64,000 nt of DNA, taken from Bugula neritina. Its lineage: Eukaryota; Animalia; Bryozoa. Positions within the stretch are counted from its first letter, which is position 1. Every line of letters starts with the position of its first letter. Location of the stretch: assembly GCA_964035545.1 (NCBI GenBank), contig OZ037773.1, forward strand, positions 1,889,751 through 1,953,750. The letters run 5' to 3'. A program made the position numbers and the translations under genes. Below the pieces are notes generated by a model that did not search any database, was not told the DNA's origin, and worked only from the letters and a program-made list of their open reading frames with translations. Below are positions 1 through 13,432 of this stretch, piece after piece.

Positions 1-1328
1 ATATAAAGTATATAGTATACAGTATATAAAGTATATAGTATATAAAGTATATAGTATATAAAGTATATAGTATATAAAGTATATAGTATATAAAGTATAT
101 AGTATATAAAGTATATAGTATATATAGTATATAGTATATATAGTATATAAAGTATATAGTATATAAAGTATATAGTATATAAAGTATATAGTATATAAAG
201 TATATAGTATATAAAATATATAGTATATATAGTATATAGTATATAAAGTATATAGTATATAAAGTATATAGTATATAAATTATAAAGTATATAGTATATA
301 AAGTATATAGTATATAAAGTATATAGTATATAAAGTATATAGTATATAAAGTATATAGTATATATAGTATATACTATATAAAGTATATAGTATATAAAGT
401 ATATAGTATACAGTATATAAAGTATATAGTATATAAAGTATATAGTATATGAAGTATATAGTATATAAAGTATATAGTATATAAAGTATATAGTATACAG
501 TATATAAAGTATATAGTATATAAAGTATATAGTATATAAAGTATATAGTATATAAAGTATATACTATATAAAGTATATAGTATATAAAGTATATAGTATA
601 TAAAGTATATAGTATATAAAGTATATAGTATATAAAGTATATACTATATAAAGTATATAGTATATAAAGTATATAGTATATAAAGTATATAGTATATAAA
701 GTATATAGTATATAAAGTATATAGTATATATAGTATATAGTATATATAGTATATAAAGTATATAGTATATAAAGTATATAGTATATAAAGTATATAGTAT
801 ATAAAGTATATAGTATATAAAGTATATAGTATATATAGTATATACTATATAAAGTATATAGTATATAAAGTATATAGTATATAAAGTATATAGTATATAT
901 AGTATATACTATATAAAGTATATAGTATATAAAGTATATAGTATACAGTATATAAAGTATATAGTATATAAAGTATATAGTATATGAAGTATATAGTATA
1001 TGAAGTATATAGTATATAAAGTATATAGTATATAAAGTATATAGTATACAGTATATAAAGTATATAGTATATAAAGTATATAGTATATGAAGTATATAGT
1101 ATATAAAGTATATAGTATATAAAGTATATAGTATATAAAGTATATAGTATATAAAGTATATAGTATATAAAGTATATAGTATATAAAGTATATAGTATAT
1201 AAAGTATATAGTATATAAAGTATGTAGTATATAAAGTATATAGTATATAAAGTATATAGTATGTAAAGTATATAGTATATAAAGTATATAGTATATAAAG
1301 TATATAGTATGTAAAGTATATAGTATAT
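1..1328. repeat. Intronic minisatellite, 16-nt unit (AGTATATAAAGTATAT)n
   Basis: Directly visible tandem array. It generates the spurious Y/I/L/T-rich ORFs 280..1482, 845..1390 and 909..1334. Confidence 0.97.
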
Positions 1329-1349
1329 GAACACAATGGTATGATGCAG

Positions 1350-4300
1350 GCGGAGAAAGCATCACGTTTGTTTTCATGACTCGCTCGCACAGTGCTGATG
1401 AAATTAACGCAGACGACACAGTTTCTGAAGATCTAGACATTAATGAAGTGTTTGGTAGAAGTTCTTGTGATGTAGACAGCACTTTAGGGTCAAAGGTCAG
1501 ACATATATGTTATCTGTATCTGTTTATTTTACAGCTGGAGTTACTGCTCACCAACCGGTAGGGAAAAACCTCACTATGATTGGCTAATCACATTTATTAA
1601 ATAATCGTGCAAACTACACAAAGCAATATTTCCTGACCACGCTGTTTATGATTTGCGATAAGGCACCATCTGAATGAAGCTTTCAAAATGCTGATTTGTG
1701 TTTATTTTGTCCTGACTGGTACATTCTAAGTTCTTTTATCCGTGGGTAAGCGATAGACCAGGCTCCATGTCTAATTAGGCTATTCTAGTGACCGCAGTTG
1801 TTTACTTTTCACTTTTTATCACTGTTGCTGTATTTACTTGCAGGCTGATGTCCAGGTTGTAAGATATACATCAGAGCCAAACCTCCGCTCCAGGTCGCCC
1901 AATGAGGTCTCTCCTAGAGTCTGTACCAGTCCACGCTCTCTCACTCTGTTTGCTGACAGCGTGGACATCAATGACAGTGGTGAATTATCTCCTCACCTAC
2001 CTCTGAATACTCACGACCCCACTCTACCTCATGCTGACTTAGTGAACGAGCCACTCATAGTGTCAGCCTCTGCAGCTGCCAGTCCTCACTCCTTCAAAGT
2101 AACCAATCAGAGTGAAGCAGTCTCGCAGTTAGCTGAATCTCTCACACAGATGGACAGTAGTGTCGAGACACATTCTACGTCCCCCAAGCCTGGTGACATC
2201 AGTGAACCATGCTTCGAAGAGCCAATACTTGCTCACCAAAAGACTGGTTGTTTGGTATCTCCGCCAGACACTGGGGAATTGGCTGAAGAAGTCACTGCTC
2301 TTGTTGAAGGTACAAAACATAACTTGTTTAAGTCAAGGACACACGGTGACCCTGTGTCAAGGACACACGGTGACCCTGTGTCAAGGACACACGGTGACCC
2401 TGATTTACCAGAGATGGAGGTAGCAGACAGGGAAGGACGGAGTACAGACAGCTCGGCCACCAGCTCAGAACACATGTTCACTGCTGAGTCAGTCGCTGGA
2501 GCCATTAACAACATGCTGGGGCAATCTCAAGGAGTACCTCAGTGTCTTGATGACTCCTCAAAGGCCCCTCAACCTGCGCCTATTGCTGACTCTACTGATG
2601 ACAAGCCTGCTGCTGATCTGAAGGCTCCATCGTCTGTGGATGGCTCTACATATGTGCTGGTATTGAATTATAGCCTAAAGTTATGAAAGTTATTAATTTT
2701 AACTTTTTTTTCTGCTTTTATTTGTTGTTCCACAGTCATTGCATGCATTAACTGCCTTCATATTCTCCTTCCAGAAATCAAATATTTTTTATTTGATTTA
2801 GACGAATTGCTTACAATGTGATTCCATTTATACACACGTGGTTGATGTCAACTGTAAATGTGATAAGAGTTGTACACCCTTGTCTACTGAACTAATATGA
2901 GAAGTTGTCTGCTGTTTAGGGGGACGTGCTGAATACAGATAAGTCTGAGGACTCTGGCCACACCTACACGGTTAAACCTACCTGGTGGGTAGCTAGTCCG
3001 TATGCTGAAATCTTTTTGAATATATTACTATATTATATCTGTATTTAATACTATATTATAGTCATATATATTACTGAATATACTACAGTACTCTATCTGT
3101 ATATAGTGTTATATTATATCCTTTTATATTACTGCATTATATTTAAATATACTGCTATATTATATGTTAGTATATTACTATACTATATCTTTTTGTATTG
3201 CAGTATTATACATGCATATATTACTGTAATATCTATGTATGTGTGTTTGCGTGCGTGCGCGCACGTGCGTTTATATATTACAGTAATATATTTATGTATA
3301 TATTACTGTAATATATCTACGTATATATTACAGTAATATATCTACGTATATATTACTGTAATATATCTACGTATATACTGTATTTTAGTGTGGATGCTGA
3401 AAGAGATTTATTGATGGCTGGTGAATACGGCTCAGGTAATATTACTAAGTGTACTCGTGAATCTTAGCCTGCGTTTTATGAAACTCACTCTATGTTCAGT
3501 ATTTTACATAAATGTATAATTATTACAGGACAATCTGGTGTTGCAGAGAGAAGGGTTAAATTACCGGAGAGTCCTAAGGTTAAGCTGTTAGAAGATAATT
3601 CTACAAAACAAGAGGTAAATTGTGTACATCATACCATATAGTTTCTCTAAATAGTGTTTACCATACATATAACTTATACCTTTCATTGTAAACTTACATA
3701 TATGTATAGTGTGCAATGTATATAATATACTGTGTATTATGGTGCTTTATATGCTGTGTGGGTGAACATAATACACTGTGTGGTGTATGCCGCATATTCT
3801 ATACTGCACAGTTTATATTGTAGCGTATCAATCATATCATTTTACTTGAAAGTTGTTTATGAAAATGATAATTATAAAATGTTATTGTTGCATAGTCATT
3901 CCGCTCACCAGTTCGAGGAGATGCAGTGAAATGTCCCCCATCTCCCAATCTTCATCAAAACCAGTCCAGCAGTAAAGTAGAGGAGTGGTTGAGTAAGCAG
4001 ACACCTTTACACTGTGTAACAGCTGAGCTGCCTTCTCTACCCACCTTACCTACCTTTGCTGATGGCTCACCTACCTTACTTACCTCACCCGGCGGTTTAC
4101 CTGTAAGCAAGACATCGGGTGAACAGGCAGGCAAATCTGAGCAGGTAAATAGCACTCATAGTCTACCTGACGGTGCAACACAAAGACAACCCAAGAATGA
4201 GTCAGAGAAGCTCTCCTATGATGAGCAAGATTATGAACTGTTTAATACCACTGAGAGGGGTGACAGTATCACTGAGAGGGGTGACAATATCACTGAGAGG

Positions 4301-7300
4301 GGTGACAATATCACTGAGAGGGGTGACAATATTACTGAGATGGGTGACAATATCACTGAGAGGGGTGACAATATCACTGAGAGGGGTGACAATATCATTG
4401 AGAGGGGTGACAATGCCACTGAGAGGGGTGACAATGCCACTGAGAGGGGTGACAATGCCACTGAAAGGGGCGACAATATCACTGAGAGAGGCGACAATGC
4501 CACTGAGAGGGGTGACAATATCACTGAGAGGGGTGACAATATCACTGAGAGGGGTGACAATATCACTGAGAATAGTAATTTGGATGATTTGGCAGTTGAA
4601 GAAGTAGTAAGCAAAGAACTTGCAATTGAAACCATGTCTATGGATAATAAAAACATTTTCGATCAAGCAGAATCTGTCATTTCGATGGGAGTAGAGACTG
4701 AGGCTATAAAAACAAGTAATCAAGGAACTGATGCTTTGAATTTGAAGATGCTAAGCAAACAGACAGGAACCGGGTCCTCTGACATAGCTACGTGCACAGA
4801 GCCTGTGAGAGAACACACTAGTTCTCACTGTAAGTCACATGGCCAAGGTACCGACATCAGTGGTGTTGAACATCTGATAATGCCAAGAACACTTGCCAGT
4901 CCTCCGCTGCTTTCTCCTCCACAAACCTTCTCCTCCGCAGTGCAGACGGACAGACATATCGCTACGCAAACAGACAGCCCAGTAGAGCTATTTCCTGCCA
5001 AAAATGAATTGAGAGGAAGTATCCCAGCTTTGACCAAATCGAGCACTGAAGTTTCAGAGTACACTCAACCTCTCTCTCGCTCCAGGACCTGGGCCTCCCA
5101 GACAGACGCCCTGGACCTCATTGGTAAGTTTCTTCTGTGTTCTGTAACAGATGTTATCTCTACTAATATTGCGTTTTTATAGTGTAAGTCTACAATTCTG
5201 TATGTTTTATCTTCGAATATGCTAGGAATTTGTCTATGTTTATCTGCAATATCTGTCGGTAATGTTTTCTACAGTAAAATTTTCATTCTGTAGAACCAAA
5301 GAAGAGAATGACTGCTGCAGGATCCTTGACCTTTGACATGACCACAATGACTGACAACCAGGTAAGTCCAGCCTTTCTAAATTAACTAAACACTTTTACT
5401 ACACGGTATATCTATTAACTAACTCCTTCACTCTAACTACTCAGTATATCTCTTAACTAACTCCTTCACTCAAACTACTCGGTATATCTCTTAACTAACT
5501 CCTTTCCTTGCTATATTCAGGATGTAGCCTCAGTACCTTCAACTCAGTCCTGTCTATCCTTTGACATGCAGACCAGCACATCTGATCTAATACCAGACGG
5601 TACCCATATCACAGAATCCCTTCAGGCAAAGGATTCTAAGACTAGGAAGCAGAAACTGAGCACTATAGGCCGAGGGCTTTCTCGTAAATCTTCCCGTTCT
5701 TCTATCCAGGTATTTGTAACACCTTCTCTAGCAGAATGCAGTGTGTTTTATATGTCACATAAGTGTAAACTCATTACAGTGTGCATTCTATACACTGTTT
5801 ATACTCCATATCTTATTCCTACAGTGTGCATTCTATACGTTGTCTATACTTCATATCTTATTCTTACAGTGTGCATTCTATACACTGTCTATACGCCCTA
5901 TCTTATTCTAATAAAGTATATTCTATGTATTATCCAGGACGTGTTAGACATGCTGCCTACAGCTACTCAGACTACCAGCTCTCTCTGGGGTTTGCAGAGT
6001 CTGCCGCTGTTTGATGCCGCTGCCAGACCTAACGAGGAGCTGGTGCAGGCAGTCAGCTGTAAGTATGACAGCAATGTATATCTCCCCTCTGATTGGTGCA
6101 TTATGTACCCTCATATGTGCGCATTAACATGCTTGTTAGAACGCTCAGTTATATTTATCTTTAGGAATAGAAAAAGCACTTTACTAATTAACTGATAGTT
6201 AGAAAACACAGCGTTTTGTCCCGTAGCCTTAGTTCTCTTGCTGTCATGTTTCAGCCACTATTGACCCCACCATAGCCTGCCGAGAAATTGAGTTGGACCA
6301 AATAGACAGACTAATTAAGCGAGCTGAGGAACTTAGACTAGCCAAGTTGCAGATGTTGTCTGACCAAGTCTCTAAGGCTAACCCTCTGCTTCCTGAAATG
6401 TTAATTAGTAGAGAGCATGTAAAACCCAATATACCAGATTCAGGTGGGGACTCTCTGCCTACGTCCTTTGATACTTTGCTAGTAGCAGCTGGTTCTCAAG
6501 CTACATTTACACCGTCGGCGGCAGCTCCTCTAGAGGCAGCGTACAGACCAGAGTCAGCATGTAGTGTGGGCGGAGACTTGGAGGGGAGAGACAGCAGGTC
6601 TAGTTGTACCACCGTCGACAGCACAGCTGACTCTCTACGACCTCGCTCAAGGTCAGTGTGCCGTGTATGCAGTGGGTTAGCTCCTCCCATTCTTTCTGTT
6701 ATTCTGTGACACGTGTTTGTAATTTGACGGCCAGCAACTGCTTTTGAGTGATAGATTGGGGGTAGTTCCTTCTGGCTACTAGAACTTTCTAAACAGAGAC
6801 AAGGCTGTACTTTATACTTTCATTCATTAGCATGTCATGAGAGACAAGAGTTGAGAGATGATGAGGCGTTTCTATCTACTGCTAATTAATTTTTCACTCT
6901 CTACTCTCTCACTCCCTACTCACTCACTACTCACTCACTATTCTCACTCACTACTCACTCCCTACTCTCTCTCTCTCTCTCTACTCACTCACTACTCACT
7001 CACTACTCACTCACTACTCACTCACTACTCTACTTTTTACTAACTGTCTATTTTTTATTTGTAGAAATTCTAGGAAAGCTCAAATACAGGAACTACTCAA
7101 CTCAGTGGATGCCACTTTGGCTAAATATGGAGTGTCAGTTCCAACTTCAAAGTATGGTAAGTGCAGTACGTAGTATAACTCACACTCAGTATAAACTACA
7201 CTCAGTATCACTCACACTCAGTATAAACTACACTCAGTATCACTCACACTCAGTATCACTCACACTCAGTATCACTCACACTCAGTATAACTCACACTCA

Positions 7301-10300
7301 GTATCACTCACACTCAGTATCACTCACACTCAGTATCACTCACACTCAGTATAAACTACACTCAGTATAAACTACACTCAGTATAAACTACACTCAGTAT
7401 CACTCACACTCAGTATAACTCACACTAAGTAAAACTTACACCTGGTATTACTCACACTCAATATAACTTACACTCAGTATCACTCACACTCAATACGTAG
7501 TAGTTGATATTACTCATAATAAGTATTGTTTCTGTAGATGGCACTCCGTCTGTTTCTGTTGGGGCTGCAGATGACATCAGGCCAGGCACAGGCTACAGTC
7601 GGGATAGGTAAATGTGTTGAACAATATTGAGTAATACAGAATAAAACTTTGAATCTACTTACATGTCCCGCTCTATTCCTCTCTCTCATGTTGTGTGTAT
7701 GTTACTGCTTCTCTCCCAGATCCAGCATCACTTCAGCTATGAGTACCACCAGCTCAACTGTAAGAGATGAACAGACAGATGTAGATCTGGATGAATTAGA
7801 TAGACTGAGAAAAGAAAGACTGAAGATTACTCAGATATTAGGAAAGGATAATCTACCTTCTCGTAAGTTACTTCTCTACTAAAACTTCTTCTCTAACCTC
7901 AGTTTAACTCTTGATTACTATACATAACATGCACCTTGTACTTTTACAGTCATATATGACAATCTGCTGTAATATCTCTGCCATATATGACAATCTGCTG
8001 TAATATATCTGTCATATATGACAATCTGCTGTAATATATCTGCCATATATGACAATATGTTGTGATATATTTGTCATATATGACAATATGTTGTAATATA
8101 TCTGTCATAATGATAGTCCGCTGTAATATATCTGTCATTATGTTGTAATATATCTGTAATATTAGTCATATTTAATACTTTCCCATATGCAATCAGATGT
8201 AATACTGTAATGTTACAACTATTAAACCTTCACATCATATCTATCATCACTGTTTTTCTAATTTTTTGCTCTATAAATACATGCGCTGTAGTTTCTGAGG
8301 TGTTTGTGTTCATTGAACTCTTCCTTTACTCAAGTCAACAGGCTTTCAACCTTATCTAGAGCTCAATGAGCTCTCTCCATTATTTACTTGCTTAGAATAT
8401 AAACACTTTGATTCAACTCTGCTGTAGCATTGAACAGAAGTAAATGGATTGTGTTGAGGTCAACGCATTGGCCACACACCTTTGAGGTTAGCCTTGGGTT
8501 TGCTGTCCTCTAAGTCATTTAGTCTAATTATATCTGTAAATAGTTTCTTTCAATCACTCCACTTAATATCGTATAGTTTATTGTTATATGAGGTTTCTAA
8601 GTTATATACTTGTATGAGTGACGTAATCTATTTATAAAGTAGTGTCAGTGTGTTGCTGCCTTTAGTTGGTACTTAGTGGTTGGAGGCAGCACTGGTGAAA
8701 TTTCGTATCTATCTTTCAGTAGTTATTATAACATATACTCACCTGAACTGTGCGCTGCATACAGTATTGAGTCAACATGACGCTGTATGGTGGTAAGTTG
8801 GTAAATGTAGCAAGTATTACTCTTTCCTCTGATATTTTTATTCTGTAGTCACTCATAGTCAGTGGTTAAGATTTGCAAAGTAATTTGTTTTATCTCAAAC
8901 CTTAGAAAATGGTGTACAAGATATGTTATGCGTTGGAGTTATCTTCTCTATGTGGTACAGCATGGTTTACACTGGAGGCTTTACCTTGACCTAATCAAGT
9001 TCATATGTTGCTGTGATTTGCTCATCTATATTGTCTCTCAGGATACTCGCTTTTTCTTGCAGGGATGTGGATGGAGTTGGCTGAGGCCCAACTTAATTAT
9101 GCTTTTGGACAAACTGACACTTTGCTAGACGCTCTTGAGTTACCCAAACATTCTGATGAGGGCGCAACTCCTAAAGACAAGGTAAGTTTGGTTGGTCTTC
9201 ACCAAACTAGTGCCTACAATCTACTTCACTAAACTAGTGTTTTTTCTATGTACATTATTAAATGCAACAAGTACTGAGTCAAGTAATATTGTTCTGCTCT
9301 ACTAAATGTAATGAATACTGTCTCAGAGAATGCAGTATTTTCTGGCAAGTTCTTATATACTAAATAATTTTATGGGTTAATTGAAATATTTTGAACAGGG
9401 TGTGCAGCGTAGATCCATGGGTAGATTTTTGTCCGAGCTGAATGTAAGTATTCTACTCTAGCTGCTGCTGCTACGTCAGCTACTGCTACATATTCCATAA
9501 TAATAGTTCATCTCTATCTTCTTTAGCCTGCAAAGGTTCAGCTTGTGTGAACTTATAGCATGTCTTTGATATGCATTGCTATTGAACACATGGTGGTCAC
9601 CGTGTGTCAGGGTTTATACTTCCTCTTTACTACTCCTTTCCTGTCTCTGATTGGGTTTACGGATTGCATCTTTTTTGAGTCTGGCACATACTGACTGTGT
9701 GACTGCATGATTACATCTGCTCCAATCAGCTGCATGATTACATCATCTGCTCCAATCAGATGCATGATTGCATCATCTGCTCCAATCAGCTGCGTAGATT
9801 TACTCTTCAGCTAGTCACCAGTTTGCTAAGTTAGGCTGTTATGAAATGGAAAGTGTTGATTGGCCAAACACCTGCCATGGATAAGCTAATTAACAACAGT
9901 GTAGTTAATACCATTGCCCAATTCTATGTGCTATAAGTAATTTTATTTGCCCATCACATTATTCTCATTCTACTTGTTCTCTCAAGCTAATTCCTAAACC
10001 AATCACTGTGCATGCAACCAGCCATGACAGCTGGAGTCATGTCACCAGCCAATGAGAGCTGAGAAAGTTGCGTTATGTTTCAGTTGGCTGAAGACAGAAG
10101 TGCTGACCCTGAGTTGCTGAAGTTGAGAACTCAACAGCTGGAAGAGTCTAAGAAGAAGATAGAACAGAGAATTGAGTTGCTGGAGGCGAAAGTAGCGGCT
10201 CAGGTTGAGGGAACAGAGAGACGGCACAGCAGGTGGAGTAGCAGAGCGGAGAGAGTTGGGAGTGTGAGCAGTGTAGGGAGTGTAGACAAAGGGGGTGCAG

Positions 10301-13300
10301 ACTACAGGGGGAATGTAGACAGCTGGGACACTGACGGCAGGGGTAGAACTAGAAGTGCTGACGTGTTTAGGTCAGGAAGCAGGGTCGGCAGCGTGGACAT
10401 GATCGCTGACTCGCACAGTGTCGATAGAAGCAGAGGAATTGTGGGAAGAGGAAGTGTTTCTGTAGATCGTGTAGATGGCCCTAGTCAATCCTCTCGCAGG
10501 TATAACACTACATTAGAACCAAAAGTTGGTCGAGTCACTTTACAGTTTCAGTAACTTCAAATATTCAATGCGTTGTATTGTGTCATACAATATGTATAGG
10601 ATATGACATCATGTATTCTAGTGACTGTATTATAGTGTTGGTGTATCTTTTAGCCTCCCACAGATGGACTATGACTTTGAGTATGCTCATTTATAGTTGT
10701 TTATAGTTTATACCTGCCGTGTTTAGCTTTCACCTGCTACACTATGTTTTTATTCGACTCATTAGCTTTGCTATTTTCTGGGGTGGCAATCCTTCTAGCA
10801 GTGAGGGGATTGTACACCCCTGCCTGTCTGGCAAGGTAGAATTTTTACTCTACCTTGCCAAGTAACTCGGGTAACTTCTCAAAACATCCAGTATTTTCAT
10901 TTTATCTTCTCTCATCTCTAAAAGCATTTTCTGTTCAATTTGCTGCTTCTTTTATAGGTTTAATTTTTTTAGACATGCCATAGTAACTGCTAAAATCTAG
11001 GTATTTTACTCCTTTTCTAAACCAACAAGAAACTTTAATATTTTTCCCTTACATGACTAACACAAATACTTTAGTTTGGCTATGCTTGGTGATTTACATA
11101 GTGCAGCTCATTAGTGTGTGTCTAGTGCTGGCTACAAATATCTTCTCAGTCTTTCTGAAGTTACACAAGAGTTGAATCTATTCTAGAACACCCAGAGTGA
11201 TGAGCCTAGCCAAGGCCAGGAGACAGGCCGAAATTGAGATTTTTAAAATTGAGAGAGAAAGAGAGAACAGTTTGATCAAATCACAGACTGAGAAGTTTGA
11301 CCTTGACCTTGGTCACAGCGACACAGCGTCAGTCACTTCAATGAAGAGTGGTGGTACGGATTGAGTCCTTTACTTTATGTCTCTTCATATGACTGTGTTG
11401 TAGTGTCTTGTTTATTCTTTCTTTTTTACTCCTCAAAGTGTCACTGCCACTTTCTGCTCACAGTTGTTACGTTTTAGTGACTCCAGAAGTAACCACTCCT
11501 CGCCAGCACCTGCGCAGGTTGACAGACGAGAGAAAGAAGGTAGTGTCACACACTGTGAAGGGTGATGCAGGTGCTTTGCACACCAGAACGCCTCACCTGG
11601 TGCTCCATGACTGGACGTCAGGTATATGCCTTGTGATGTGAAGTTCATACAAGTGTAGGCAACTCCTCATGTTAATGCGTATCTTTATACTCTCTGCTTT
11701 GTATGATGTATGCAATGTGTTGTGTTCCTTACAGTTACATACCCCAACTCAAGAGCTAACAAAGCTACGAGTAACACTATCAGCAAAACTACTAGTCATG
11801 CGGCCAGTACCAGATACCCCGTGAGTACTAGCAGAGATGACGAGGCAATAGAAGCGTTGAGGAGACAACTTGAAAGGTACGGGTTCAATCTTCTGCAATA
11901 TGTCTTGAGCTTTGCTCTAGTCAAAGTTGTGAATCCTCAATCCAGCGTAAAAAATGGAGTTTCTATTGAATGATTTATTTTCCTTCATGTTTATTTCCCC
12001 ATTATTTATTGTGAGTATTCAGTGTAAATCTTCACTTCCTGTTGAGTCGTAACAAGTTGCTGACTCATCTCCTGCAGGTCTCAGTCATCTGCTCGTTACT
12101 CAACCTCTACTCACAATCCTGCCTCTGCCAGTCACCTGAGAATCAAGTCGTCCGAGGAGATCGAGAGACAGATTCAGGATGAACTTGATAAACTGAGTAC
12201 TGAGTTTAGCAGATCCCCTGTCAGCAGATTACCCGGCAGCAGGTTAGCCGGCAGCTACCAACTCCATGATGACAGCCACGACAGCGAGTAAGTGTGTATA
12301 AGCATGTGTAGGCTTCATTGTGTAGTCTAGGGGAGGTAACTCTATACTGCTTATAGCCACTTTTCACTCACGTCATCATCATTGTTTATCACAGAATGTG
12401 CTGCCATTGCAAGCAGACAGCACATTGTGGGAGACTCACTCTGGCAAAGAGAAGGTAACTCCTGCATGTCAATTCCCCATTTGGCCTGTACTTTCATTAC
12501 GTGTTTCCTTCACTGTTATACATGTGTTATACCTGTGTCACAGCTGTGTGTACTGTTATATCCGTGTATATTGTTATACATGTGTTATATTTGTGTGCGG
12601 GTTCCATCGTCAATCATGGTTTATATCTACTTGTTGTATTATTACATGATTATTAGATCTTTTCTGCATGTTTTTGTAAATTTCTTACTCTACGCCAATT
12701 CACCATCTATTATATTTATGTGTTTTCACCTTCCTATTTTCAATACATCTCTCTCACTCTGTCTCTCTCATCTCTCAGTCTCTCTCTCTCTTTTTCTCGC
12801 TCACTCTTTATCTATCTCTCTCTCCCTCCCTTTCTCCCATTCTCCTTTTGTATTGTTCATTCATTCTCTTTCTGTATTTTCATTCAGATACAACTAAGTA
12901 TATTGGCAGGTATCGTATAACCCTCTGTCCCATATGACATGTTCCTTTCTGTTCCAAGTAGTAGCTTAACTTGCACCACAGATCCATGCAGTCTGTGTTG
13001 ATATTTGTAGCAATATTAATAACCAATCAGGTGTTGCCTTTTATGTTGTCATAGCTACAAATGTCATTTCAACAGCCAATCATAGTTACCCCTTTATGTC
13101 CTTTGCTGCATAGCCCTACCTTTATAGCATTTGCTTATAGATATTGCTTTTTTTACACCCTTTCAGCCTAATGACTAAACACGGATAACTGTGCATGCAC
13201 TGACTCGGTCACTGTCTCATTTTGTAGTCTCTACAATTATGACACACCAAGTCTTAACCCAAGTTCTTCTCAGAGGGCAAGTCTCCTACATCCCAGCCGG

Positions 13301-13432
13301 GTTTACAGGGGCCTGGCAGAACCCACCTCATACAGTTACAGAAACAGTGGAGTTAGCTCTCTGGCTAAGACTATCTCGCAAATACAAAACTACAGAGCAT
13401 TCCCTCCTTACAGACGCGGAACCTTTTACTAA
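1350..13432 (+). CDS. Large multi-exon uncharacterised protein, mostly low-complexity/disordered, with short coiled-coil-like segments; 5' end lies upstream of the window
   Basis: Phase-consistent GT/AG exon chain read by hand (approximate starts): 1350, 1844, 2920, 3389, 3530, 3896, 5294, 5521, 5938, 6255, 7065, 7538, 7720, 9063, 9399, 10084, 10664 (17 nt), 11187, 11478, 11734, 12078, optional 12395, 13229; stop TAA at 13430-13432. Helical-looking blocks: EIELDQIDRLIKRAEELRLAKL, DLDELDRLRKERLKITQIL, MELAEAQLNYAFGQTDTLLDALE, LRTQQLEESKKKIEQRIELLE, KARRQAEIEIFKIERERE. No family recognised. Confidence 0.85.
4249..4570 (+). repeat. Coding minisatellite, 21-nt unit x15, encoding TERGDN(I/A)
   Basis: ACTGAGAGGGGTGACAATATC repeated in frame within ORF 3926..5182. 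Confidence 0.95.
7170..7492. repeat. Intronic minisatellite, ~18-nt unit (CACTCAGTATCACTCACA)
   Basis: Visible tandem array between the exon ending near 7157 and the exon starting at 7538. Confidence 0.9.

Noticed and set aside
280-1482. 400-aa Tyr/Ile-rich ORF and overlapping ORFs
   Set aside because: Translation of a 16-nt intronic minisatellite, antisense to a real exon.
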